A stretch of 62,432 nucleotides of DNA, counting the filler, from an uncultured bacterium (GTDB lineage Bacteria; Latescibacterota; UBA2968): NCBI GenBank assembly GCA_964471275.1. It is 14 parts of 14 records of this genome, joined end to end, with 100 filler letters (N's around TTAATTAATTAA, not from the genome) between each part and the next. Parts side by side here need not be neighbours in the genome. Positions count along the whole stretch, not along the records: positions 49,751 to 53,942 come from CAYYGZ010000315.1; positions 54,043 to 58,212 come from CAYYGZ010000316.1; positions 58,313 to 62,432 come from CAYYGZ010000317.1; 11 more parts are not named here. One strand, given 5' to 3'. Positions within the stretch are counted from its first letter, which is position 1; the number at the start of each line of letters is the position of its first letter. Of the stretch, positions 49,751 to 59,668 are shown in pieces. Under the pieces are notes generated by a model. It was given only the letters and a program-made list of their open reading frames with translations, did no database searches and was not told where the DNA came from. Made by a program: the position numbers and the translations under genes.

Positions 49751-50631
49751 TCCCGCTGACATCGGGTTTCTTGAGCAAGGATGCGATCCTGGCCGGCGCA
49801 CTCGGGTTCGGCTTCTATGCCGATCCGAAACACATCCTGATCCCTATTATGGGTTTCAGCGCGGCTCTACTGACGGCCTACTACATGTTCCGCCTGATCT
49901 TCGTAACCTTCTACGGAAAAGCTTCTGATGAGCGCGTTAACCACGCGCACGAGAACCCCCGTGCGATGACGATCCCGCTCGTGATTCTGTCCGCGCTGAG
50001 CCTGTGGTTCTTCTACAGCCCGAGCCCGGTCGGTGAGGGATGGTTCTACGATCTAGTCCAGAAGCCTGAACAGGTGGCTGTCCACGGTCACGCAACCGGG
50101 GCTGTCCCGGGGGCCGACGGTGTTGCTTATGCCGCGGCGGATGGCCATCACGATCCCGCGCACCAGGCACACTATCCGGCGATGGCGCTATCGATCATTC
50201 TGGCGTGCTCTGGGACGTTCGTGGCCTACAAGCGATATTTCAACAAGCGCGAAGAAATGATGGCCTACGAGGCCGATCTGATGGATCGCTCGTGGCTCTT
50301 CCGCGCGCTCCACAACAAGTGGTACTTTGACGAGATGTATGCGGCGAGTTTTCTGAAGGGAGTCATGACGCTGAGGCACGTCTTGGCGTGGTTCGACACC
50401 TGGATCGTCGACGGTATCGTCAATCTGTCTGCCTATTTCGCACGAGCCCTTGCCTGGGTGCACGGGTTGTTTGACAACAAGATTGTCGATGGGCTTGTCA
50501 ATCTCGTTGCCGACACCATAATCGAGGCTGGCAGTCAGCTCCGTCGCGTTCAAACGGGGCGTATACAGACTTATGTCGTGCTTCTGCTCGCAGGGATCAT
50601 CGTACTGATGATTGCGAGAATGATCGTATGA
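49751..50631 (+). CDS. nuoL: NADH-quinone oxidoreductase subunit L, 5' truncated
   Basis: SGFLSKDAIL, LTAYYMFR, NKWYFDE, QTGRIQTY. Confidence 0.93.
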
Positions 50632-50650
50632 CCAGGGGGGATCTCTTCTG

Positions 50651-52228
50651 ATGGATCAGTGGATTCTGACATTACTCACGTTTATTCCCGCGGCGGGAGC
50701 GGTTGTGATCCTGCTTCTACCGGGGAGCCAGAAGAACACCATCCGGTGGGTCGCGCTGGTCACTACACTGGTCTGTCTGGTGTTGGCAGCCTGGCTCTAC
50801 GGAGCCTATGACCGGATGGACCCGGCTATGCAGTTCGTCGTCAAGATGCCCTGGATCGGCTCGTTCAACATCGACTATCACATCGGTGTCGATGGGCTGA
50901 GTGTATCGATGGTTCTCCTGACCGCGTTGATCAGCGTCATCTGCGTACCGGCATCTTGGTCTATCGATAAGGGCGTGAAGGGTTACTACGCATTGTTCCT
51001 GTTGCTGGAAACTGGGATGCAGGGCGTTTTTGTTTCGCTCGACTTCTTCCTCTTCTACGTGTTCTGGGAGATCATGCTTCTCCCCATGTATTTCCTCGTC
51101 GGAATCTGGGGCGGTCCTCGCAAGGAATACGCGGCGATCAAGTTCTTCCTGTATACGCTGGCTGGCAGTGTTCTGCTTCTCTTGGCGATGCTCGCGATGT
51201 ATTTCAACACAACGGATCCCGTGACGGGCGAGCATACGTTCAATATGCTGGCCATGATGGATCAGGCGAACCATTCGGAATGGCTGAGGACGGGTGTGAT
51301 CTTCGGTAAGTCGGCACCGCTGATGCTCTGGTTTGCGATGTTTATCGGGTTCGCGATCAAGGTGCCCCTGTTCCCGTTCCACACCTGGTTGCCCGACGCC
51401 CACGTTGAGGCCCCGACAGCGATCAGTGTGATCCTGGCTGGTGTCCTGCTGAAGATGGGAACCTACGGTATCCTGCGGTTCAACTATCCGATGCTACCGG
51501 ATGCGACACATTACTTCAGCACATTCCTGGCGGTCATCGGGGTTGTGAACATCGTCTACGGTGCTCTTTGTGCGCTTGCCCAGAATGACTTGAAGCGGTT
51601 GGTGGCTTACTCGAGTATCAGCCACATGGGCTATGTGATCCTCGGGATGTCGGCTTTTACCGTGCACGGGATCAACGGCGCGGTGTTTCAGATGTTCAAT
51701 CACGGTACGATCACGGCGATACTCTTCCTTCTGGTTGGCGTTGTCTACGATCGTGCACACCATCGCTACATCGTCTTTCCGAACGACTATAAAGATCCAG
51801 AATTGCGTGGTCAGCTGGGCTTTGGCGGGCTCTGGACGCATATGCCGATCTACGGCAGCTTGACCATGGTCGCTTACTTTGCCGCGCTTGGTCTACCCGG
51901 GATGTCAGGGTTCATTAGTGAGGCGCTTTGCTTCCTCGGTGCATTCCCGGTTCACCAGACGCTGACGATCGTCGGAACGCTTGGTGTGCTGCTGGGAGCT
52001 GGCTACATGCTGTGGGCCTTCCAGCGCCTGTTTATGGGATCGTTCAACGAGCGGAACAGGGATCTGACCGAGGTGAACGGGCGAGAGATCGCAATGCTGG
52101 TGCCGCTGGCCATTCTTGTCGTGGTGTTGGGCATATACCCGGCGCCCGTTCTGGACCTGATCTCGGCATCCTTGGGCCAGCTGTCCCAGACGCTGAGTGC
52201 ATCCGGTGGCGTGTCTGCAGGTTTCTAG
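50651..52228 (+). CDS. nuoM: NADH-quinone oxidoreductase subunit M
   Basis: GVDGLS, FYVFWE, KVPLFPFHTWLPDAHVEAP, AYSSISHMG. Confidence 0.96.
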   Translation: MDQWILTLLTFIPAAGAVVILLLPGSQKNTIRWVALVTTLVCLVLAAWLYGAYDRMDPAMQFVVKMPWIGSFNIDYHIGVDGLSVSMVLLTALISVICVPASWSIDKGVKGYYALFLLLETGMQGVFVSLDFFLFYVFWEIMLLPMYFLVGIWGGPRKEYAAIKFFLYTLAGSVLLLLAMLAMYFNTTDPVTGEHTFNMLAMMDQANHSEWLRTGVIFGKSAPLMLWFAMFIGFAIKVPLFPFHTWLPDAHVEAPTAISVILAGVLLKMGTYGILRFNYPMLPDATHYFSTFLAVIGVVNIVYGALCALAQNDLKRLVAYSSISHMGYVILGMSAFTVHGINGAVFQMFNHGTITAILFLLVGVVYDRAHHRYIVFPNDYKDPELRGQLGFGGLWTHMPIYGSLTMVAYFAALGLPGMSGFISEALCFLGAFPVHQTLTIVGTLGVLLGAGYMLWAFQRLFMGSFNERNRDLTEVNGREIAMLVPLAILVVVLGIYPAPVLDLISASLGQLSQTLSASGGVSAGF

Positions 52229-52240
52229 AGAGAGTCTACT

Positions 52241-53761
52241 TTGACAGACGTGATTCAACAGGCCATCGCGGCCAATGTGAGCAGTCTCAGCCTGGCGATG
52301 CCCGAGATCATCCTGACGATCGGTATCCTTGTGATCGTGGCGGTCGATCTGATCGTCGGCGGCGACAAGAAGGGCCTGATGACCGCCTTGACCGTCGCTA
52401 CACTGGTGGCCACGCTTTACTCGGTTATCTCACTCTACGATACGGCGCCGCAGTCGCTGTTCGTTGGCATGCTGGCTCTCGACCCGTTCAGTCTGTTCTT
52501 CAAGCTACTGGTGATCGCGACCACCCTTGTTGTCGTGGTTTTCAGCCTTCAGTCCAGCGACATCGATCACAAATATGCAGAGTTCTACGCGGTCTTCTTG
52601 ACGGTGGGTCTGGGCGGATTCCTGATGGCATCGGCGACGAATCTGCTGATGATGTATCTGGCGCTCGAGCTTGTATCGATCCCGTCGTTCATCCTGGTCG
52701 GCTATCAGAAGCACGTGCGGCGGTCCAACGAGGCTGCGCTCAAGTATGTCGTCTACGGAGGCGTGTCCTCCGGTGTGATGCTCTACGGGTTCAGCCTGAT
52801 TTATGGCCTGACCGGCACGTTGGACGTCCACGGGATTGCTGCGCGGCTGGCGGCCGGCGAGGTGCCGAATGCGACCCTGTTTGTGGCTGCCACACTGGCG
52901 ATGGCCGGGTTTGGCTACAAGGTGGCGTCAGTTCCTTTCCATTTCTGGTGTCCTGATGTTTATCACGGAGCCCCCACACCCGTCACGGCGTTCCTATCGG
53001 TGGCCCCAAAGGCAGTTGGGTTCGCCATGATATCCCGGTTCTTCTACCTCGGGCTCTCTTCATTCGATGGTGTGTCAGGAGAGGTGCTGGGAGGCCAATG
53101 GACGGAGTTGCTTGCCGTTATTGCGGCGGCGACGATGACGCTGGGGAACCTGACGGCGATCTGGCAGAATAACCTCAAGAGACTTCTTGCATACTCCAGC
53201 ATCGCCCACGCAGGCTATATGATGATGGGTGTTGTGATGCTGTCGCAGGCCGGGCTTCAGGCGATCATGTTCTACACTGCGGTCTATCTGTTCATGAATC
53301 TCGGCGCGTTCCTGGTCGTGATCCTGATCACGGAGCAGACGGGGAGTGAAGATATCGCAGAGTATCGGGGCCTTGGGTGGCGAGCGCCATTCGCGGCTGC
53401 GGTGATGACCGTCTTCCTGGCGTCCCTGACCGGTTTGCCACCAACGGCAGGTTTCATTGGGAAGGTCTATCTCTTCTCCTCTGTCATCGAGGGTGGGCTC
53501 TGGTGGCTTGCCCTGGTCGGTGTCCTGAATAGCGCAGTTTCTCTGTATTACTACTGGCGAGTCGTCCGTACGATGTATCTGGATGACCCGGAGAAGACGG
53601 AGCCGATTGCGTTCCCGGCATTCGCAAACGCGGCATTACTGGTCCTGCTTGCAGGTACTCTGGTATTTGGTCTGTACTTCACACCTCTGGCGAATCTAAC
53701 TTCCGCATCCACGACACTCCACATACCGACCCCGGAAGTGGCTCAAGCTGCTATCGAATAG
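52241..53761 (+). CDS. nuoN: NADH-quinone oxidoreductase subunit N
   Basis: NEAALKY, PFHFWCPDVYHGAP, KRLLAYSSIAHAGY, GLPPTAGFIGK. Confidence 0.96.
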   Translation: MTDVIQQAIAANVSSLSLAMPEIILTIGILVIVAVDLIVGGDKKGLMTALTVATLVATLYSVISLYDTAPQSLFVGMLALDPFSLFFKLLVIATTLVVVVFSLQSSDIDHKYAEFYAVFLTVGLGGFLMASATNLLMMYLALELVSIPSFILVGYQKHVRRSNEAALKYVVYGGVSSGVMLYGFSLIYGLTGTLDVHGIAARLAAGEVPNATLFVAATLAMAGFGYKVASVPFHFWCPDVYHGAPTPVTAFLSVAPKAVGFAMISRFFYLGLSSFDGVSGEVLGGQWTELLAVIAAATMTLGNLTAIWQNNLKRLLAYSSIAHAGYMMMGVVMLSQAGLQAIMFYTAVYLFMNLGAFLVVILITEQTGSEDIAEYRGLGWRAPFAAAVMTVFLASLTGLPPTAGFIGKVYLFSSVIEGGLWWLALVGVLNSAVSLYYYWRVVRTMYLDDPEKTEPIAFPAFANAALLVLLAGTLVFGLYFTPLANLTSASTTLHIPTPEVAQAAIE

Positions 53762-53787
53762 CTGCTACATCATAAGCTGTACAAAAG

Positions 53788-53820
53788 ACGAGCGGCTTCC
53801 CCGAATGGGAAGCCGCTCGT
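53788..53820. terminator. Terminator after nuoN, probably bidirectional
   Basis: ACGAGCGGCTTCCC/GGGAAGCCGCTCGT 14-bp stem with an A-run before and T-rich sequence after. Confidence 0.75.
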
Positions 53821-54240
53821 TCGTTTATGCGCCTATACCGAACTACTGTCCCCACGCTTTTCCGCTCGCACCTTTCTTTGATCTTTTCTTGGGAAGATCC
53901 TCCTTCTCCACAAGAAATCCGATCAGGTGCTTTTTGCCGAGGNNNNNNNNNNNNNNNNNNNNNNNNNNNNNNNNNNNNNNNNNNNNTTAATTAATTAANN
54001 NNNNNNNNNNNNNNNNNNNNNNNNNNNNNNNNNNNNNNNNNNTGAGCTCCCAGCGTGTTCGCTCTGTCAGAAGTCCGGCGCGTTGAGCACTATGCCGATC
54101 AAGTAACGACAAGCGCTCGATCCGGGTGCCAAGTCCCACGCGGCGGATGGGGTCAACCGCCAGAGCCAGAATCGCCTGCTTGACTTGGGTGTTCCGATCG
54201 GCGAAATTACCACTAACGCAATACTTTAGGGGACTGTCTA

Positions 54241-54582
54241 ATGGACTATGAAGCCGAAGCGACCCAGCTCTTCTTCGTCGTAATCGTGTTGGTTGCCGCC
54301 TATTTTGGCGTGATGGTTTGGACCCGGAGCGTCGGCAACAAGAATCCCGGTGAAGATGGCGGCGGCGGGGGTCTGTTCGGTGGATTCGGAGGCGGTGGGG
54401 CCGAGAGCGGTCAGATATCCTCCGCCGATGGCGATACCAAGGATATCGACGGTCTTGGGGTGCCGGTCAGCAGAGCAGAGAAGAACAAGGGCCGCTTCCA
54501 GTTGCAGGGCAGAGATGCGGAGGTTGCCGCCAAGGTTCTGAAGCGGATGTTGAAGCAAGATGCAGCGAATGGGGGCGAATGA
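54241..54582 (+). CDS. Small single-TM protein with a Gly-rich linker and C-terminal DAEVAAKVLKRML helix
   Basis: 113 aa; AGGGG RBS; ATGA overlap with the next gene. Confidence 0.7.
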   Translation: MDYEAEATQLFFVVIVLVAAYFGVMVWTRSVGNKNPGEDGGGGGLFGGFGGGGAESGQISSADGDTKDIDGLGVPVSRAEKNKGRFQLQGRDAEVAAKVLKRMLKQDAANGGE

Positions 54583-54803
54583 TGAGATACCGGCAAGAAC
54601 CGTCGTCGGACCATTTCTGGTCCGGTTTCGTTTTAGGCGCTGCTCTCGGTGGCGCAATTGGCGTTATGCTCGCGACCGAAATGGGACGCACCGCACGTGA
54701 GAAGCTCGAGACCGCCGTGGTCGACGTTCGCGGGCAGCTGAATGGCATTCCGGAAGCGCCGGACCTCGAGGTCGAGGAAGCCGAGGAAGAGAGTCCCAGC
54801 TAG
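54579..54803 (+). CDS. YtxH-like small membrane protein
   Basis: FWSGFVLGAALGGAIGVMLA...G...REKL. Confidence 0.75.
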   Translation: MMRYRQEPSSDHFWSGFVLGAALGGAIGVMLATEMGRTAREKLETAVVDVRGQLNGIPEAPDLEVEEAEEESPS

Positions 54804-54846
54804 TTCTGACTATGTTATCCAGAAGTCGAGATAGGGAGCCACCTCC

Positions 54847-55383
54847 GTGACGATGCCAGGTGGCTCCTTTTTTAGCACTGGTGCCCGACGCAACGGCATC
54901 TATGTCGTTGTGGAGAATGTTCGGTCGCTGTTTAACGTGGGAGCGATCTTCCGATCCGCAGATGGCGTGGGTGCCGCGGGGGTCCTGCTGACGGGCTTCA
55001 CGGGGTGCCCCCCGCGCAAGGAGATCAGCCGCGTCGCCCTGGGTGCGGACGAAACCGTGCCTTGGGCCTACTACCCGACGACAGTGGAAGCGATCGAGGA
55101 TCTGAGATTACACGGTATCTCGGCGATCGCGCTCGAGCGCTCAGAGGGCAGCATTGATTGCCGACACGTTTCGTATAATTTCCCCGTAGCATTCGTGGTC
55201 GGGCACGAGGTCGAGGGCGTGACAGGAGCGACGATTGATGCCTGCGACGTCGTGGTACATATACCGATGCTCGGGTCGAAAGCATCGCTGAATGTTTCTG
55301 TGGCGGCCGGCATCATGTTCTACACGCTGCTTTCGGCAAACACAACGGACCCTTTCCCCAATCGAGATGAATCCCATGTCTGA
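54847..55383 (+). CDS. TrmH/SpoU family RNA methyltransferase
   Basis: ENVRS.FNVGAIFRSAD, VGHEVEGV, IPMLG...SLNVSVAAG. Confidence 0.92.
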   Translation: MTMPGGSFFSTGARRNGIYVVVENVRSLFNVGAIFRSADGVGAAGVLLTGFTGCPPRKEISRVALGADETVPWAYYPTTVEAIEDLRLHGISAIALERSEGSIDCRHVSYNFPVAFVVGHEVEGVTGATIDACDVVVHIPMLGSKASLNVSVAAGIMFYTLLSANTTDPFPNRDESHV

Positions 55384-56005
55384 TCCAGCTGGGCACGCCT
55401 CCGCGGAAGCTTGCGTTGGCCAACTCGAGCAGGAAGTGCAAGACCTGCGTGCGGAGGTCGATCGACTCCGTGAGGAAAACAGGCGCTGGGCACGGCTAGC
55501 GGGAACGGACAGTCTCACCGGGTTGCCAAACAGGATTTCGTTCTTCCGAGCCTTTCTGCCGCAGATGTTACAGCAAGCGATGAAGGAGGATCAGCCTGTC
55601 GGTCTGATTCTCCTGTCACCCGACAGTCTGGGTGAGGTGAATGAAGCGTATGGGCGTGAAGCTGGCGACCAGGTTGTAAAGGGGCTAGGCCAACTGATCC
55701 AGTCGCTCGTTGGCGATGAAGTGAAGCTGGGTCACGTAGACGGCGCCAACTTTATCCTGATGATGTATCCCGGTGAACTCGAGGAGGTCAGGAGCCGCGC
55801 AAACATGGTCCGGGCACGTGTGCGCACCCACGCATTTCCGTGCGGGGATTCCGTGGCACAAATCACGGTGAGCGCCGGTGCCTCCGTGGTTCAGCCGAAG
55901 GAGAGTGCCGACTTCAGGAGTCTGGGTGAAGGGCATTTTAGCGAGTTGAACGAAGCGCTGCATTCGGCCAAGAAAGCCGGGGGTAACCGAGTCGAGGTCG
56001 CCTGA
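55376..56005 (+). CDS. Coiled coil plus degenerate GGDEF-domain protein
   Basis: TDSLTGLPNR, VNEAYG..AGD, ITVSAG, AKKAGGNRV are retained, but the signature reads HVDGANF and the first metal-binding Asp region reads LSPD. Confidence 0.85.
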   Translation: MSDPAGHASAEACVGQLEQEVQDLRAEVDRLREENRRWARLAGTDSLTGLPNRISFFRAFLPQMLQQAMKEDQPVGLILLSPDSLGEVNEAYGREAGDQVVKGLGQLIQSLVGDEVKLGHVDGANFILMMYPGELEEVRSRANMVRARVRTHAFPCGDSVAQITVSAGASVVQPKESADFRSLGEGHFSELNEALHSAKKAGGNRVEVA

Positions 56006-56037
56006 TAGGGGTCTCGCTCAACGCACAAGGACAAGGC

Positions 56038-57255
56038 ATGACCGTGAGGATTCTCTGGGTTGCCGCATCCCTGCTTTTCGCGTGCCCACTGGCCGCAGTC
56101 GATCCTGCTACTCGTCTGTATTATCAGGCGACAGGTTCGTTGGCTTCGGACTTCGATAACGATGGGTCTGTCGGCTTTACCGATTTTCTTGCATTCACCG
56201 AACGCTTCGGAGCCGTGGTCGGTGAAGCGAGCTATGATGTCCGGTTCGACCTGGACTCGAATGGTCTCATCGATTTTGACGACTTCCTGCTGTTTGCAGA
56301 GGCCTTCGGAAACAGCTCCGCCCCCCCGCAAACGACGCCCGATCTTGCCCTCTATGTGCTCGATCCGGGTACCAGTTCCATAGACGTCTACAACCTCAAG
56401 AATCATCTCGCGCAGGGATTCCTTCCCTTTCGTAACCCCGGGAGCATGAAGGTGTCTGCGGATCACGAACGGCTCTACGTGAACGAGCAGTTCGGTCTGT
56501 TTGTGCTGAATGATGCCCACGAGGTCGTCTATTCGGTGCCCGGTACGAGTTCCGGACAGCTGGTTCTGAACAAGGATGAGACCCTGGCGTATGCGGGAGA
56601 GGTCGGGAACGATCTGATCCGGGTAATCGATCTGATCGCACAAGCGGCCGTTGACACGATCGTCGTCGGGAATCGACCGGGGAAAATGGCAATATCCCCG
56701 AATGGCCGCTGGCTCTACTCGGCGAATGTGAGCGATATCTCCGTCGTCGACCTGAATCAGAATGCAGAGGTCCTTCGGATCGATATCGACGGCAGTCTAA
56801 ATGCGATCGTGATCGCCCCGACGGGAGATCGTGCTTATTATTCAGTAGTGAACCGGACGACGGTCGGCGTGATAGATACTGGCACAAACGCGATCATCGG
56901 CGAGATTCAGCTGGAGGGTGAAGACGTCAACGACATGAAGCTCTCGGCCGACGGTACGCGTCTTCTGGTAAACACCTCGACATCGCTCGTGGAGCTGGAC
57001 GTGGCCCGGAATCTGGTGGTCCGTTCGTTGATGATGGCCGAAGGAACCAGTACCCTGGGTATCACGCCAGACGGGCTGTTCGCGTATATCGGCTCGCTCG
57101 AACCCCTGATCTTCGAGCCGTCTGTGGCTGTCATCGACCTTTCAGCCTGGCGCTTGCTCGGCCGTATTAAGGGCTTTACGTTTCCGCAAGAAATCGCATT
57201 CAGGCGGACATCGTTTACACCGACCGAAGGGGATGTCGCCCTTTCTCTGCCTTAG
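56038..57255 (+). CDS. Secreted protein with an EF-hand/dockerin-like pair and a YVTN/YncE beta-propeller
   Basis: Signal peptide; DFDNDGSVGFTDF and DLDSNGLIDFDDF; VGNRPGKMAISPNGRWLY-type repeats. Confidence 0.8.
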   Translation: MTVRILWVAASLLFACPLAAVDPATRLYYQATGSLASDFDNDGSVGFTDFLAFTERFGAVVGEASYDVRFDLDSNGLIDFDDFLLFAEAFGNSSAPPQTTPDLALYVLDPGTSSIDVYNLKNHLAQGFLPFRNPGSMKVSADHERLYVNEQFGLFVLNDAHEVVYSVPGTSSGQLVLNKDETLAYAGEVGNDLIRVIDLIAQAAVDTIVVGNRPGKMAISPNGRWLYSANVSDISVVDLNQNAEVLRIDIDGSLNAIVIAPTGDRAYYSVVNRTTVGVIDTGTNAIIGEIQLEGEDVNDMKLSADGTRLLVNTSTSLVELDVARNLVVRSLMMAEGTSTLGITPDGLFAYIGSLEPLIFEPSVAVIDLSAWRLLGRIKGFTFPQEIAFRRTSFTPTEGDVALSLP

Positions 57256-57263
57256 GACATACC

Positions 57264-57692
57264 GTGGCACCAGAGAACAACAGAAAAGGAAAGACGCCGG
57301 AAGAGGGCGGGTTCCTGAACAATTTTCTCCGGCCCCTGAAGAAGCATCGGGTTACGCTGACGCGTGCCGGAAAATCGCTTGCGCCGTTACGTAAGGGGAA
57401 GGCGGCGCAGAAACCAGTGAAGAAACCCAAGAACAAGGCGGCGAAGAAGAAACCGATTTCTCTACCCACCAGAAAAGAGCGCCAGGTCAATGAGCTCAAG
57501 ACGCTTGCGAATATCGGTCGTCAGGATCCTGAAAGGCTTGCTGCTATCATCACGCGAATGCTGATGGACGAAGAGGAGGTGAAGGAGAGGCAAAGGCTGA
57601 AGTTCGAACGGATGGTTTGGCGACGAGCGGAGAAGCACGGGCAGCCACCGGACGAAGCCGCCGGGGAACAACCTGATACGGGAAGTGAATAG
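57264..57692 (+). CDS. Lys-rich hypothetical protein with a DPERLAAIITRML helix
   Basis: 142 aa; AGGA RBS, GTG start; ends at a terminator. Confidence 0.7.
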   Translation: MAPENNRKGKTPEEGGFLNNFLRPLKKHRVTLTRAGKSLAPLRKGKAAQKPVKKPKNKAAKKKPISLPTRKERQVNELKTLANIGRQDPERLAAIITRMLMDEEEVKERQRLKFERMVWRRAEKHGQPPDEAAGEQPDTGSE

Positions 57693-57724
57693 AGGGTCTG
57701 TCGATATATCGACGGGCCCTTTCT
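57692..57724. terminator. Terminator between convergent genes
   Basis: AGGGTCTGTCGAT/ATCGACGGGCCCT stem followed by TTCTTT. Confidence 0.65.
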
Positions 57725-58195
57725 TTATGGCTCCTTCAAGATGTCGATCCGAATTTCCGCCACGCCCGCCTCGACCATATCAAGCTTTTGAGCTGCGCCC
57801 AGCGACAGATCCAGAATCCTTCCGGGGATGAACGGTCCCCGGTCGTTGACGCGCAGTTCGAGGGAACGACCGTTTTCAAGGTGAGTGACACGGATAACCG
57901 TGCCGAGGGGCAACTCCCGGTGGGCGGCGGAGAGACCATACATATCGAAGATCTCACCGTTGGCTGTCTGCCGCCCGTGGAACTTGTGGGCGTAGTATGA
58001 CGCTTTCCCCACCTGGTATGCGCCCTCGGTAGAGACCTTAGCAGACCGGACGTGTGGCGATTCTGACAGATTCTCGGACCGCCCAGCCGGGGGGGGGACG
58101 GGGTATCGCGGCGAGGCCGTACACGTCGTCAGGCTGGCCGCCAGACCGAGCAGCGTGAAGCGTAGGATTCGGTTGGCAGGCACCCCCCCACTCAC
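57725..58195 (-). CDS. rlpA: Septal ring lytic transglycosylase RlpA family lipoprotein
   Basis: GKASYY..KFHGRQTANGE, AAHRELP, VNDRGPF..GRILDLS. Confidence 0.92.
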   Translation of the reverse strand: MSGGVPANRILRFTLLGLAASLTTCTASPRYPVPPPAGRSENLSESPHVRSAKVSTEGAYQVGKASYYAHKFHGRQTANGEIFDMYGLSAAHRELPLGTVIRVTHLENGRSLELRVNDRGPFIPGRILDLSLGAAQKLDMVEAGVAEIRIDILKEP

Positions 58196-58312
58196 CCGGT
58201 TTGGAGAGAGCCNNNNNNNNNNNNNNNNNNNNNNNNNNNNNNNNNNNNNNNNNNNNTTAATTAATTAANNNNNNNNNNNNNNNNNNNNNNNNNNNNNNNN
58301 NNNNNNNNNNNN

Positions 58313-59392
58313 TAGGTCGTCCGGTCGTGGAACTCCGGCGAACCCGCAGAATGTCGGGAATAGATCCGAAAGACTTACGGGTGTAGAGATTGTTGACGGG
58401 TCCACACAGCCAGATCTGTGTTCCGGGGTGGAGACGATCAAGGGAACGCGGACCGACGCCTCGTGCCAGGTTCGCTTGAACCAGAGACCGTGTTCACCGG
58501 CCATTTCTCCGTGATCAGAGGTGTAGACGACAATGGTGTTGTCCAGCAGCCCGTCCCTTTTCAGGATGGCAAGGAAATCGCCGAGCATTTCATCGAACTG
58601 ATCGACGCAGGCAAAGTAGGCTGCTCGCGCTTTGAGCGTTTCCTCCTCCGTGACATTCTCCAGGAAGTGGCCCTGGGATTCACCAGAACTCGACCGACGG
58701 GCTCCCATCGAGAGCGGGTGATCCACTGTGTCACCCGTACGTCCGATTCGGGGAGGCGTCACATTGCCAGGCCAATAGTGATTGAAGAACCTGCGCGCCG
58801 CATTCATGGGGAAGTGGGGGTGCGCGAAGGAAGCCATGAGGAGCCACGGTTGATCCGGATGCCGGGAATTCTGTTCGCGCAGCCACGACGTCGCCTCGCG
58901 CGCGACGATCTGCTCCTGCATCAGGGACTCAGGGATGTCACTAATGCCGACATCACGTAAGACGGAGGGCATAAAGATGTGATCTCGGGGGCCGACCAGA
59001 TGAAGTGGGTCCTTTTGGTGTGCGGGAGATGGCGCAGTGAAGTCGCCATACGGTCGGTGCTGGAAGCCTGCCAGCTGACGTGAACCAACCAGATGCATCT
59101 TCCCGACCGTCGCAGTCGCATAGCCGTGGTTGCCAAGATGAGACGCGAATGTGGGGATGTCGGGCGAGAGGACGGCGCACTCGGAAGATGGGCGGCCGGA
59201 CAAGAGGCCCACACGACTGGGCACACATACCGGGTTCTGACAATACGTCGTTTCGAAGTGAGTGCCGCGCTCGATCAGATCGTCAAGCGTGGGCGTTCGG
59301 CACGGTTCGCCACCGGCGCTCTCGGCTCGCGATGATAGAAAGCGATAGCTGTGCTCATCGCTCAGCAGAAAGAGAATGTTCGGTCGAGGCAT
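58313..59392 (-). CDS. Sulfatase (choline-sulfatase-like), 3' truncated
   Basis: PNILFLLSDEH, CVPSR, GKMH, PHFP, YTSDHGE. Confidence 0.9.
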
Positions 59393-59668
59393 GTTTCAGG
59401 TGCTCTCTCTTGAGAGGTCCCAGGATCGCAGCATCTACCGTTTGTTGTGCAGGCCGCCAGTCCAGGCAAGATACTCAGCCCATCGGTGCGACACGGGGTA
59501 CAAGTTGTGGGGAACTGGCTCTTTCTCCAAGCGTACTCTGAGGATCTGTGAGATCTCGAGCTCTCCGAGTAGGAAGCTCGTATTCCTTCTGGCCTTTCAC
59601 ACGTGTTCACCTGATCTTGGCGCGGATTGGGTGCGTCGGATAGGGACACGGACACCAAGGAGTTTGTA

